From Azolla caroliniana (lineage: Eukaryota; Plantae; Polypodiophyta), in NCBI GenBank assembly GCA_043228905.1, contig JBHGNT010000005.1, forward strand, positions 5,952,001-6,016,000: DNA of 64,000 nucleotides, read 5' to 3'. Shown piece after piece: positions 11,020-23,290 of the stretch (position 1 is its first letter; the number at the start of each line of letters is the position of its first letter). The translations under genes were made by a program, and so were the position numbers. The notes beneath the pieces were generated by a model that was not told the DNA's origin, did not search any database, and saw only the letters and a list, made by a program, of their open reading frames with translations.

Positions 11020-13766
11020 TTATGTACAAATCCCTAAAGGGACGCGATAGTTCCATCTAATGTGGAAGCCCACTGACTCAAGAAAGGGAGAGGACGACCA
11101 TTATTGGATGAAGGCTATGCGTTGTCTTTCAACTCCCTCGGAGCCACCTTTAAGGCCATCATATTGGCTCTTCAGAGTGGCTACAATTTCACTCCATATC
11201 TCTTGCAGTAACCTTATTGGATGGGTGGTTTGGTTGGAGAAGACTCGCCTACATCGTTGTTTCCATAGAATCCAAAGGGTTATTGGGCTGACCAATTCCA
11301 ACACCTCTTGAGATTTGTCATTAACAGGAAAATAGTGGACATTGCCGCTGGAGGAGAAAAGAACCTCTTGTGCTTTCATCACCAAAGTCATCCCCTCCTC
11401 CTGATGCTCGTATCGGCCAATTGCAGCTTGCCGTGATAGCCAACATATATTTCCCCACTTGATTGAACCTTGCACCTGGCATAATTGCAACAAGCGGCCA
11501 ACCCCCCACCATATTCTATGGGACGTTGGGCAGTCCCACAGAGCGTGTCGTATGGATTCTACTGCATGTGGGCACTCTACACAATTAGGAGAGCTAAGGT
11601 TCCCACATTGCCATGCTCCCACCGGTAGGGACTTATGTATTAACAACCATTGGAAAGTGGTAATTCACCTCGCGTCTTGTTGCTTCTAGATTTTCTGCCA
11701 AAACTTGGTGATTATTGCGGAGGGAACTTGAAATGTGCGCCAGATCTTTGCAACAGCTGGTTCTCGGGCGGCTTGAGCAGCTAGAATGTGGCGACCCAAT
11801 CTAGTTGTGAATTGGAAGAAAGGGACGGGATATTCGGAAAAAGGGGCCCCTTTCACCTGCCAGCGAAACACAACTGCTGCCATTCCTATAAAATCCTGCA
11901 ATGCCTTTGATCCATGTCTCTTGAAAGCCGAGTTTCCTCATCACACTTTCTAGAAAGTTCCAGCATACCCTATCATAGGCTTTCTCAAAATCTAGTAGCA
12001 CCACTGATACCTTCTTGTTGGTCTGCTTGGGAAGGGCTACTGCTTCCCAAAATGAGAAGAGGTTGTCTAGGATGCTCCGATTTCTAACGAAACCTGTCTG
12101 TGACGGATGAATGAGTTCAGGAAGAAGTGGAGTTAAACGGCATGCCACGATTTTTGCGAGCAACTTATAGACAGTATTGAGAAGAGTAATGGGCCACCAT
12201 TTGTGAATGTCGTTGGCATTCCCACCACTTTTAGGAATGAGATGTATCATCCCCTGTCCAAAGTCCTCCGGCATGCTTCCAGAGGTGATGATCTCCTCAT
12301 ATGCATGGAGGAGGTCTTCTTTAATAGTGCCCTAAAGGCATGTGAAAAAATGCGGGGTGAGACCGTCAATTCCAGGGAAGCTCTCAACATCTAAATCAGT
12401 GAGGGCCTCCCATATCTCAATGATTGATAGAGGACGCACAAGCCAGGTATTCATTTCTGGTATGACTTTCTCGGGTAAGTAGGCGGCTATAATACCTTGT
12501 GGCAATATTCCTCATTTCGTCACCATCCTCAGTGGTTGTTCCATCCTCCCGGTTGAGGCTGCGCATCACAGTTCTAGCGTGTCTCGGGCCTTTGGAGTGG
12601 AAGAATTCCTTTGTGGTTTTGTCCCCTACTCGAATCCATCGCGCCATGCTGCCATGAAACTCCATGTCATATATTGCCTTTTCTGCCATGCTAAGTTCCT
12701 GTTTGGCCGTGGCGACTTGTCCTGCGATCCAACTACAGGATGGGTATCTCTGTTGGAGGCGTTGTAAGGCTATTAGTCCCCGTTTTGTCCTCTGTCGCTT
12801 CTCCTGAGCATCCTTGCGTCTAGTCTTGACAATCTCATGTAGGAGAGTAGAGGCTCTTGTAAATTTAGCTAAAAGTTTGTCTGATGCTGATGAGCCATTG
12901 ACGGGTAATGACCATTGGTTGGATAGTTGGTCCTTCACGTCTATAAGTGTGTAAATAGTGTGTGGGATGCGAGTCTGGAATGGGCCCCATTTTCGGTGCA
13001 ATTGAAAATGACCAGCTACCAGGTAATGGTCAGAGAAAGTCGTCCCTGGAGTTATGCGACACCACCCTCCCTTCGCTTCTAAAGCCTCCCCCACATAAAT
13101 GCGGTCAATGCGAGATAGGGTGGGTCCACTATTCCGCCCGTCTGATCGGGAGAATAGGAGAGAGTCCCTTTTTCGTTGGAAGTTGGCAGAATGCCAGATG
13201 TCTCGCAGGTTAAGGTGGACACATAGCTTCTCCCATTGTTTGCGTTCCCTTCCTTGTAGGACTATGGGGTGGTTGTTGGAACTATCATGAATGGATTCGA
13301 TCATATTAAAATCCCCTCCAATGCACCACTCTTCCGCACCCACTACTTGTAGGCGGATGCGGTCCCAGAATGTTGCTCTTTCTGTTCTGTTGTTTGGAGC
13401 ATAAACATTCATGAAGTTCCATCGTTGCCCTTGGATGGTCAGCGTGCAAAAATGTGCCCTACCAGGTATAAGTGATTCTTGGTGTATTAATCCCTGGGCT
13501 AGATGTTCCCGAATCAAAGTGCAAATACCACCATGATTTCCATCCTCCCCAATTGCTGGCTCCCAAATCGTTCACCATGATCCTGGTAGAAGGTCTCTGA
13601 CTTCCTTTAACTGTGTGCTATCGAGGTGGTGTTCCTGCAACATGATGATGTCAGCACCACTCCCTAGTAAATGTTCTTCAAGATCCCTTCTCAGTTTCCA
13701 TCTATTTTGTTGGTCTAGTCTACTTCTGAGTCCTTGCACGTTCCATGTTATAATCTTCATACTCAT
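11020..13766 (-). pseudogene. L1 ORF2 (APE endonuclease, partial RT, zf-RVT), disrupted and internally deleted
   Basis: IITWNVQGL, LQEHH, GGDFN, RIDRIY, SDH (endonuclease). PITLLN, QTGF, LDFEKAYDRV (RT). The sequence jumps at ~11820 to the C-terminal region (CVEC...HALWDC, LWILWKQRC). Confidence 0.88.
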
Positions 13767-13795
13767 GGAATGGGGTGGGAGGTTGCCAGTTGTGC

Positions 13796-15496
13796 CTAGT
13801 GCTTTGTACAACAGGTCATGAGTGGGGGGCACTCACCATTTAGACATCCAGACATTTCCAGGGATGGAATAGTCGTCCACATCCATGAGTGGAGTTTGTG
13901 GGCTATCTTGTGGGCTTCAATCGCCCCTTCATGCTTCTCATAGAAATAGACAAAGCTTGGAGTTAGTTGGGTGTTTATGATAGTCCACAGGTGGATGTGG
14001 CAAAGATGGGGGTCCTCTTCATCCATGGTGCACCAGAATTCAGTGTTATGCCAATGTTGCTTTAGTTCATTCATGAGCTCTTCATCTCTTATTTGTGCTA
14101 CAAAGCACGCTGCTTGGTTACATAACATATCTTTAATCTTGGATTTCGATCAATCTTCCTGAGTCGAAAGCAAGAGTGGAAAGGAGATTGAGGTCGTCGG
14201 AACTCCGTTATTGTGCACCGTTGATACATGTACCCTTATTTTTTCCACTGCCTTGGGCCCTATACCTAACCATTTCAAGGCGTTTTGTGGGTGTGGTTCA
14301 AGGTCTTGGCTAGAGGACGCACACTCATTTGTGTCCGGGACGACTATGATTTGAGGCGTGACATTCACACTTCTGCCTTGGGTTGCTTCTTCTGCATTGG
14401 GTGTCGTTCCACTCAAGCTCCTTATTAGGGTCTTTACATGACTTATTCGTCTGCGTTTCCCTGTTTTGTAAGCTTTAACGAGAACTTTCTCTTGGGTGCT
14501 TGGTGTCACCTTAGGTCGTTCCTTTGGGCTTACGAAAGAACTAGGGGAATGCTCATCTGTGGGGGGGAGCTCTTGTAGTAGATCAAAGCGATTGGGGCTC
14601 ATAGGCGATGGAGGATTTTGTGCCGGTGATGTTTTCCGAAGGACATGGGTTTTTTCCACCACTCGCCATTCCATCACAGCCTTGTCGGGTCGTGGTGGGG
14701 GAGGCTTTTGATGTCTTATGGTATCCTGACCTTCCAAGGTCTCCTTTGTAGGATCTTTAATACGTCTTGTGGGGCAATTCTTTTTTAAATGACCAAGTTT
14801 TTTGCATGCAAAACATTGCCCCGGTGCGCCAATCACTTCTATGCGTTGTTCAATTCGCATTCCGTTTTTCCCGGGAATGAGGATCTTGGAGGGAAGTTTA
14901 TTGATGTCCTGCACCAAGAGGCGGATAGAGGGAGGGCCTAGGTGCTTCTTTAGTCTGTTTGGTAGCGTTAATTCCTCATCCAACATCATCCCAAAGGAGT
15001 TGCCAATAGTAGGAAGTAGCATGTTGTATTCTAAGGATAGTCCAGGAAACAACATTGTTACCTTTTTCATGGAGTCATCCTATTGTGCGGCTTTCTCTGG
15101 GTTAAAACCATGTGTCCATTTACGCATGAACAACCATGTATTACGGACCTGGCAGGGGGAAAGTGCGATGAGGTTCGTTGCAGACTCCTTGTCTTCTAGT
15201 ATGATTTGATAGAAGTCTTTACCAAGCGGTTGGACTTCTTTTATACCACGGAGTTGTGAATGAAATTGAGCTTGCAACATATCTCGCAACAACCCTCTGT
15301 TTGGTCGTGATCCCATCACTCGGCATATGACCGCTATTCGCTCAAGGCGCTCTATCTCTTTCTCAAGTAGAAGCATCTCTTCGTTGTTGAAAATAATCTC
15401 AACAGGACCCCCGCTATCAGAGATGTTTTTTCCGTTATCGATCAAGGGGCCTGTTGGTGCAATGTGTTCGACAGTGGCGATGTTTGAAGGTGCCAT
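13796..15496 (-). pseudogene. L1 ORF1 (DUF4283-like region + CCHC knuckle), disrupted
   Basis: VICRVMGSRP...FMRKWTHGFNP resembles the plant L1 ORF1 N-terminus. CFACKKLGHLKKNC is the zinc knuckle. Stops at 15080 and 14150. Confidence 0.8.
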
Positions 15497-16029
15497 TAGT
15501 GATAAAATTGGATTGCGTCTCTTTCTCTCTTCTCCTTCTTTTGGGGGGGGGGGGTTCAGTCCTCAAAACCTGCTCCTCCTCGAACAATGGGGGAGGTGTG
15601 AGAGGAAACCCTAAATGATGGCCTCCTCACGAAACTGAGGAGGGTGATGCAGCAGCGGCGGGGAGGAGAGGCGCTCCGGCTCCAGCTCTAGCTCCAATTC
15701 CAGTTCTGCTGTCTACCGGTGCGATTCAACCCTCCTGTGCCGCTGCTCTGCTATGCCGGGCGGGTCTCCTGGTGAGACGCCCACACCGTAGACCTCCGTT
15801 GAGGGTTGGCGCGTCACTTTGCTGCTCCCGCTCTCTAGGGAGACCCTCAAATAACCTTTGACGTCGATTTATGTGCACTTAGAATATTAGCTTTTTGCTA
15901 TCCAAAAAGTTCTCTCCCTCTCTGTCTCCATAAAATTAGCATTTATATTCAAATAAATACATATGATTGTACAAAAAACCGTTAACCTAATATAAGTTTA
16001 TAACCATGAGGGTTATTATGCTAGGTAAA

Positions 16030-17030
16030 ATTTTTAAGGTTTAAAAATCTTAGTTAATAAAGTGCAAATTTGCAACATAACTACCCATATTGCTTTAGTA
16101 ATTGATCATTTATGGAGTTTGTACATGCCAACTTCCTCAAGAATTGTGTAGGAAAAACATATGCCTTTAGAAATCTTCCAACATTTTTATTGCCATCACC
16201 AAAGGCAACTAGTTGAGAAACTACAAAGTGATGCAAACAGTAAAGGATGAGCTTCTTATGCATTATCTTTGAGAAAAATACTTGTATGAGATGTTACCTT
16301 AGGAAATAATGAACACAAATCTCCTTGAGAATATTTGTTAATATGTTTTCCTATTCAGATGTGAAGAATGAGTCACAAGACCCCCTCCAACCCTCTTGAC
16401 TTTTAGATAAATACATATGTTCTCTACCTAAACATTTGACACATGTGGCTACCTCTATTTTGGATCTGATAGGTTATGTTTGTGGTCTCTCATGGACAAT
16501 ACAAATATCCAAATTGCCATTAATTCACATAGTTGCTGATATAAGGAATCAATATGGCATCCATGGACAATATTCCTTTTGACAATCAATCAAGCAACAC
16601 TTTCCAACTAGTTGTATCGTGATACCAATATAATTGAGTAATAATTAAAAAGGCAAAGGTAACATAGACATTTGTCTATATGTGCCATGATAACATATAC
16701 CCTTATATATCATGAAGTTCATAGCTTTAATGGAAATTATACCCACACAATGCTTTAAGATCCATCTTGTTTTCCTATCATATGATATTTTAATGAATTG
16801 CAAGTTTGAACTACAACAAAGATAAAATAACTTCTATGTTACCCAAAGATTAAGACTACTTAGAAGCAACAGGATATAACACTTGCCACACTAATAATGA
16901 GAAATATCATTCCTCATTTCTAGACAAATGACGAGTATAGTGATCAATTTGAAATGAATTCCCAAATATTTATGGCACATCAAAGGTTTTGGGAGGATAT
17001 ACATTCATAGTATGCCAAAGAATCCACTCC
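16030..17030 (-). pseudogene. Highly decayed LTR-retrotransposon integrase-like remnant
   Basis: Only weak, frameshifted similarity to integrase core motifs around 16150-16260 and 16550. Confidence 0.3.
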
Positions 17031-19097
17031 ATTTATGTTAGTGTTTAAAAGCACAATTGCATTTATTGCTACTTTTATTTATTTTTTGTTTTCAAAACTA
17101 CACCTTAGTTTCCATTACCAATCCAATAAGCATATACAAAGCATACAATCTAGACGAGTTTATGATGGCATAGGAAAAAGGTTTTATCCCCCACTATGTC
17201 ATGAGGTAAAACAAACTGCACCTATGGAGGAAACAACCATCAAGGGGGTAGATATTGGCAAACCATTTTGTCATTTCTTTCCACAAAGACGAACAAATTC
17301 TTCCACTTGCCTTCAAAGGACCATTGTTTAACATATTGACCTTTTAAAATTGAAATAAGCATCAACCAAGTTTCCTTCATACAATGAATAGGATTTTGCT
17401 TTATTTGCTGAAACACATTTTTGCATCTACCTATCCATATATTCCACAAAATCATCAATGATATCGTAGACCAGACTATGGCATCTACATTCAGCCTATT
17501 TGAGCTTGAATATGGTACGCCCTTAACTTGCGGTCCCCTAGTTTGAAGGATATTTTTTCCCTTGCATAATTAGGCTTATCTACCCTTACATCCATCCAAA
17601 TGACATTTCCCGTAATCATTTTAGGTCCATATGCAACATCAATGAGGCACAACATACATTTCCAAACAGAACATGCAACCATACAATTCCATAATGCATG
17701 TTGCATTGATTCCAGATGAAATCCACAAAAAGAGCAACTTTTGCTTCCCTAATCCATATGCATCTGTTCCAAGACTAGAAGTGCATAATTGACACATAAC
17801 CATCTAAATGTAATGATTTTGCGACACATGCAAAGCCCACAACCGTTTCCAAAACGCCAATACTGCATGCATAGGAATACTATTACTTGACCATACCTTC
17901 AGTGCAACCGGCATAATTGAATTCCTCCTTCGTTGGAATTCCATACCTAATTTTACAGAGTAATCAAAGAAAGATACCATCTTACCATTAGCATCTCTCC
18001 ACCACCATTATGATGGATCCCACGCTAACTCCAATGGATGGGGATCAATAATACATATCTTTCCTATTTTTGCAACCACCCTAATAGGCTTCCACTACAC
18101 TAAATTGTGAAGGTCATTCTCCACAGGGACCCATTGTAATTTTCCCTTGGAAGCCATTTTATACGCCAAGAAGGAAACATTAGATGTATAATTTCTTGCT
18201 CCAATCAAGACATTAAAGAAGAGAATGTCTTGTACCATACATGGTTTGAATTAAAAGAAGAAGGCAAAACTCTTTTAGAAGCATTACTTATTTCTTGGAA
18301 CATTAACTTACTGCATCTTATTGAATTCAAAGCTTGTTCCTTAACATCCCTAGAAAATTGATTACAGTTCAACCATGTACCAACATTAGCTACAAATGCA
18401 TCATCTATCGCCGCCCAATTTAATATTGTAATTCTTCCCGACATATTACCATAATCATCGTGAATCAAGGGGTTCCAGCAAATTGGTTGCCTTTTCCACT
18501 TGTCCTCCCATATAGAATGTTTATGCACAAAATTAGGAAGCAAACATTTTCAAGATCTTAACAAAGAGTTAAAAAAATTATATGAAGTGAAAATAGAAGT
18601 CCAACGCATATCCTCATGCACACACCACCACCTCACATTTGGCTTCCAATGGCCACCTATAGAAGGAACCAATTCCTTTATATGTTCATGAAGTAGCAAT
18701 TTCCATGGCTCATTCCCTTGGAAACATACTTCTTACAATAAATTTCCCAAGTAATGCTTTACATTGAAACATTGGGTCTATCAACCCTAATCCGCCGTCA
18801 TGACGAGGAGATATTATCACTTTCCACACAACCTTAGATCTTGCATTTACAGTAGATGCACCCCATAAGAATTTGTGAACAAGCCTCTGTACCTGAGAGA
18901 GAACAAATCTCGAAAACAACCAAGATGAAAGGATATACCACATCGAAGACAAAAGCACTTGATTAGCAATTACGATTCTTCTAACAAATGATAAATGCCT
19001 AGAAAACCAAAACAACAATTTCTTTTTCAATGACGTCAACAAAGGGGCAATAAGTTGATCGTGTGAAATATCAACACTGACTTGACAACCAAGATAT

Positions 19098-22000
19098 TGT
19101 TAGGATTTTGTTCCTCCGAATGGGAGAAGTCGACAACCGAATTCGGGTCGGTCAGATCGACCAACGAGTTGACTGAATTGAGAGTTGACAGTAGTGAAGA
19201 TCCCTGGGATTGAAGAGTTGGACGGACTAGTTAATCGACTCGAGAAGAGGTTGAAGATAGAGTCAACTAGTCGGACCGATGGGGTGGTCGAAGACAAGGC
19301 CGACTAGTTGGATCGATTGAATAGTCAACAATAGGAGTCGACTAGTCGGATTGACTAAATTGTTGACTTGTGGGTTGGACAGTCGAGTCAACTATTTCTT
19401 TTTCAATGACATCAACAAAGGGGCAATAAGTTGATCGTGTGAAATATCAACACCGACTTGACAACCAAGATATTGTTAGGATTTTGTCCCTCCTAATGGG
19501 AGAAGTCGGCAACTGAATTCGGGTCGGTCGGATTGACCAGCGAGTCAATTGAATTGAGAGTTGATTGTAGTGAAGATCCTTGGGATCGAAGATTCGGACT
19601 GACCAGTTAGCCGGCTTGAGAAGAGGTCGAAGATAGAGTCGACTAGTCGAACCGATCGGGTGGTCGAAGACAAGGCCGACTAGTCGGATCCACCAAATAG
19701 TCGACAATATGAGTTGGTTAGTCGGATCGACTAAATTGTCGACTTGTGGGTTGGAAGGTCGGTTCGACCAATCGGTCGATTAATTATTATTATATTATAA
19801 TAATATCTTATTCACACACACACACATAGAATGAACCATATGTGCATTCACATTTGAGAATGATTCAATCAAACATGTATGGTAAATCATCGCAAAGTTA
19901 GAAAAAAATAAAAGATTGGAATTTTAAAAAAGGACTATGATCTATATTATATATTGATACAATTGAAAGTTCAAAACTTAGGAATGACTTAACTACTAAA
20001 CATTAGAAAGCATGAACATAAAAATTAAAATTTTCAAAGACATAATTGTATTGATGATGAGCTCATCTTGCAATTATCAATGTTCTTATCTCGCAACTAG
20101 TGAAGGCATCAATTTCTTCACTTTAGAACTTTACAAAAAATGAGTATGAACTATAGAGATTGAATCAAAATATGCCATTATAAATTATAATCAAACGTTC
20201 AAAAACTCATAAAATGTATATTTGAGAACATGAAGAAAACCCACAATCAAACCCAAGACAACTTACCACTAGGGTAATCTAATTTCTTACAATAAAAAGT
20301 CTAGAAAAAGAATAAAAAAAAAGGAATACACATTTTTCCCTTTTCAAACGTGTTTGGTTCCAAACATTTGTATACTTGCACGAACACGTTCATTACATTC
20401 TATGTTGCATGCATACACATATATATATGGAGCTAGGGCAAGATTATTATGTTGCTGTAGCAGTGGTATTAAGTGATATAGAAGGTAGAAGAAAAAGTGA
20501 GTGAGTGTGAGCAAGTGACGGCACAATTTTGTGGAGCTCGCCAAAACCCTATGAAGGGATTCTCTGAGATTCGAGTTTTGTATGTGGAAAGCTTGAGAGT
20601 TTTGTAACTTGTTTTTTTGTACCTTGAATCATAGTGAAACTTTTGTTGCCCCGTGGTTTTTCCCGTTTAAGGGTTTCCACGTAAATCTTGTGTACTTTAA
20701 GTTTTTGTATTGTGTTTTCAATCTAGTTTCTCCGTTCACTTTACAATCCTAAACCTAATAGATATCATATTGACCTCCCATGTTGAAATCGACTAAAGTA
20801 TATGAATCAAAGTTGATCGACCTTTAGCAACCGATTGACATGTATGAACCCGAGCTGAACGAAGAGTCGGCAAACACATCCAAACCTGAGTCGACCATGG
20901 TCGGTAGAAGATATCTAGTCATACAAAGGAAAGCACCCTCCTAATACTCTAGCCAATATATCCTATTGACTGATGAGGATGAACCAGAATGCTACAAAGA
21001 AGCCATGGCAGATGAACACAAGGAGAAGTGGCATAGTGCAAGGCAAGATGAAATGGACTCCTTGCATGAAAATTCCACTTACGACCTGGTAGAGTCAGCA
21101 AACACATCCAAACCTGAGCCGACCATGGTCGGTAGAAGATATCCAGTTAGACAAAGGAAAGCACCCTCCTAATACTCTAGCCAATATATCCTATTGACTG
21201 ATGAGGATGAACCGGAATGCTACAAAGAAGCCATGGCAGATGAACACAAGGAGAAGTGGTAGAGTGCAAGGCAAGATGAAATGGACTCCTTGCATGAAAA
21301 TTCCACTTACGACCTGGTAGAGCTACCGAAAGGTAGGAGAGCCCTTAGAAACAAATGGGTGTTCAAGCTGAAAAATGGGGAAGATGGTTGCGCACCCAAG
21401 GCTCAAATTGTAGTAAAGGGATTTCAACAAAATAAGGGGGTCAACTTTGATGCAATATTTGCACCAGTTGTAAAGATGGCATCCATCCGGATTGTATTAA
21501 GTATTGCTGCCAATATGAATATGGAAATAGAACAGTTGAATGTAAAAACGACATTCTTGCATGATGAAAGGAAAAGAGAATTTCATATGTCGACTAAGGA
21601 AGAACTTGTATGGTCTAAAACAAGCTCCACGTCAATGGTATAAGAAGTTTGAGTCCTTCATGTTGGAACATGGATTCCATAAAACACAAGTTGATCACTG
21701 TGTTTTTGTCAAACGGTATAGTGAATGTGAATTCTTGATTCTCTTACTCTATGTGGATGACATGTTAGTAGTCAGACAAGATATCAAAAGGATTGTGAGC
21801 TTAAAGAAAGCTTTAAGTAAATCGTTTGCCATGAAGGATGACAAAAGTTTTGGAAAGATTTAATATGTTTGAGGCAAAAGCAATAGGGTCTACATTGACG
21901 ACAAATTGCAACCTAAATGCTAGACAATGCTCGAGAAACAAGGAGGATAAGGCTGAGATGAGAAGGGTGTCATATGTCTCGCCGTCGGTAGTCTAATGTA

Positions 22001-23290
22001 TGTTATGGTCTATACAAGGCCGGACATTGCATTTGTGGTCGGAACAGTAAGTCGATACATGAGTAGTCCAGGAAGAGAACATTGGGCAGCTATAACGTGG
22101 ATACTCAGATATTTTAAAGGCACCTCAAGTGTATGCCTTAGGTATGGCTCTAGGAAACCTATGCTCGAGGTTTTGCAGATTCCGACATGTTGGGGGATGT
22201 AGATTCCAGTCAAAGCACATCAGGATATGTAATGACCTATGCAACAGGAGCTGTATCATGGTAATCAAGATTGCAAAAGATTGTGGCCCCATTGATCACA
22301 GAGGCTGCGACAGAGGTGAGGAAGGAACTGATTTGGATGACGAATGTTTTTAGAGAACTAGGAATTAAGCAAGAAAGATTCCTACTCCACTGTGATAACT
22401 AGAGTGCCATACATCTAGCCAAGAACGCCGCTTACCACTCTCGTACCAAGCACATGCGAGAGAAAGTTGATGAGAATGAGTTTTCCCTTGTGAAGATCCA
22501 TACTGACGAAAATGGATCAGATATGCTCACTAAGATCCTATCTATGGAAAAACTTAATGTTTGTCGACGGAGGACAAGTTTGGCCGACTTTCCCTACAAG
22601 AGTGAAGATGGAGTTTGTTAGGATTTTGTTCCTCCTAATGGGAGAAGTCAGCAACCGAATTCTATTTGGTCAGTTGGATCAACTAGCGAGTCGACTTGGG
22701 GGTCGACTGAATTGAGGGTCAACCATAGTGAAGATCCTTGGGATCGAAGAGTTGGACCAACTAGTTAGCCGACTTGGGAAGAGGTCGAAGATAGAGTCGA
22801 CTAGTCGGATCGCCCGAATAGTCGACAATAGGAGTCGGCTAATCGGATCAACTAAATTGTTGACTTGTGGGTTGGACAATCAAGTCAACCAGTCGATCAA
22901 TTACTTATTATTATTATATTGTATAAATATCTTATTCACACACACACACACACACATTATACATATATATATGGAGCTAGGGCAAGATTATTATGTTGTT
23001 GCAACAGTGGTATTAAGTGATACAGAAGGTAGAAGAAAAGGTGAGTGACTGTGAGCGAGTGACGGCACAGTTTTGTGGAACTTGCAAAAACCCTAAGAAG
23101 GGATTCTCTGAGATATGATTTTTGTATGTAGAAAGCTTGAGAGCTTTGTAACTTGTTTTTTTGTACTCTTGAATCATAGGTGAAACTTTTGTTACCCCAT
23201 GGTTTTCCACGTAAATCTTGTGGGCTTTAAGTTTCTGTATTGTGTTTTCATTCTATTTTCTCTATTCGCCTTATGGTCCTAAACCTAACA
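19098..23290 (+). mobile_element. Rearranged Ty1/copia element (gag/integrase lost; decayed RT-RNase H)
   Basis: LTR starts TGTTAGGATTTTG at 19098, 19474 and 22616, and ends AAACCTAA(C/T)A at 20760 and 23290. Polypurine tract ~22600-22613. NKWVFKLK, LYGLKQAPRQW, LYVDDML, TRPDIA motifs. TSD GATAT/GCTAT. Confidence 0.88.
22616..23290 (+). repeat. 3' LTR of the rearranged copia (675 bp)
   Basis: TG...CA termini, preceded by a PPT, homologous to 19474-20760. Confidence 0.85.

Larger units (their letters stand above)
10958..15865 (-). mobile_element. Full-length-ended L1-clade LINE with internal deletion in ORF2
   Basis: 15-bp TSD GATTTATGTGCACTT at 10943-10957 and 15866-15880. Poly(T) on + (poly-A tail) at ~10956-10968. 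GC-rich 5' UTR at ~15600-15860. ORF1 and ORF2 remnants present. Confidence 0.92.

Noticed and set aside
20968-20985. CTGATGAG (also at ~21198) as hammerhead cores
   Set aside because: They encode LTDED in copia pol, with no stem II/GAAA/stem I arrangement.
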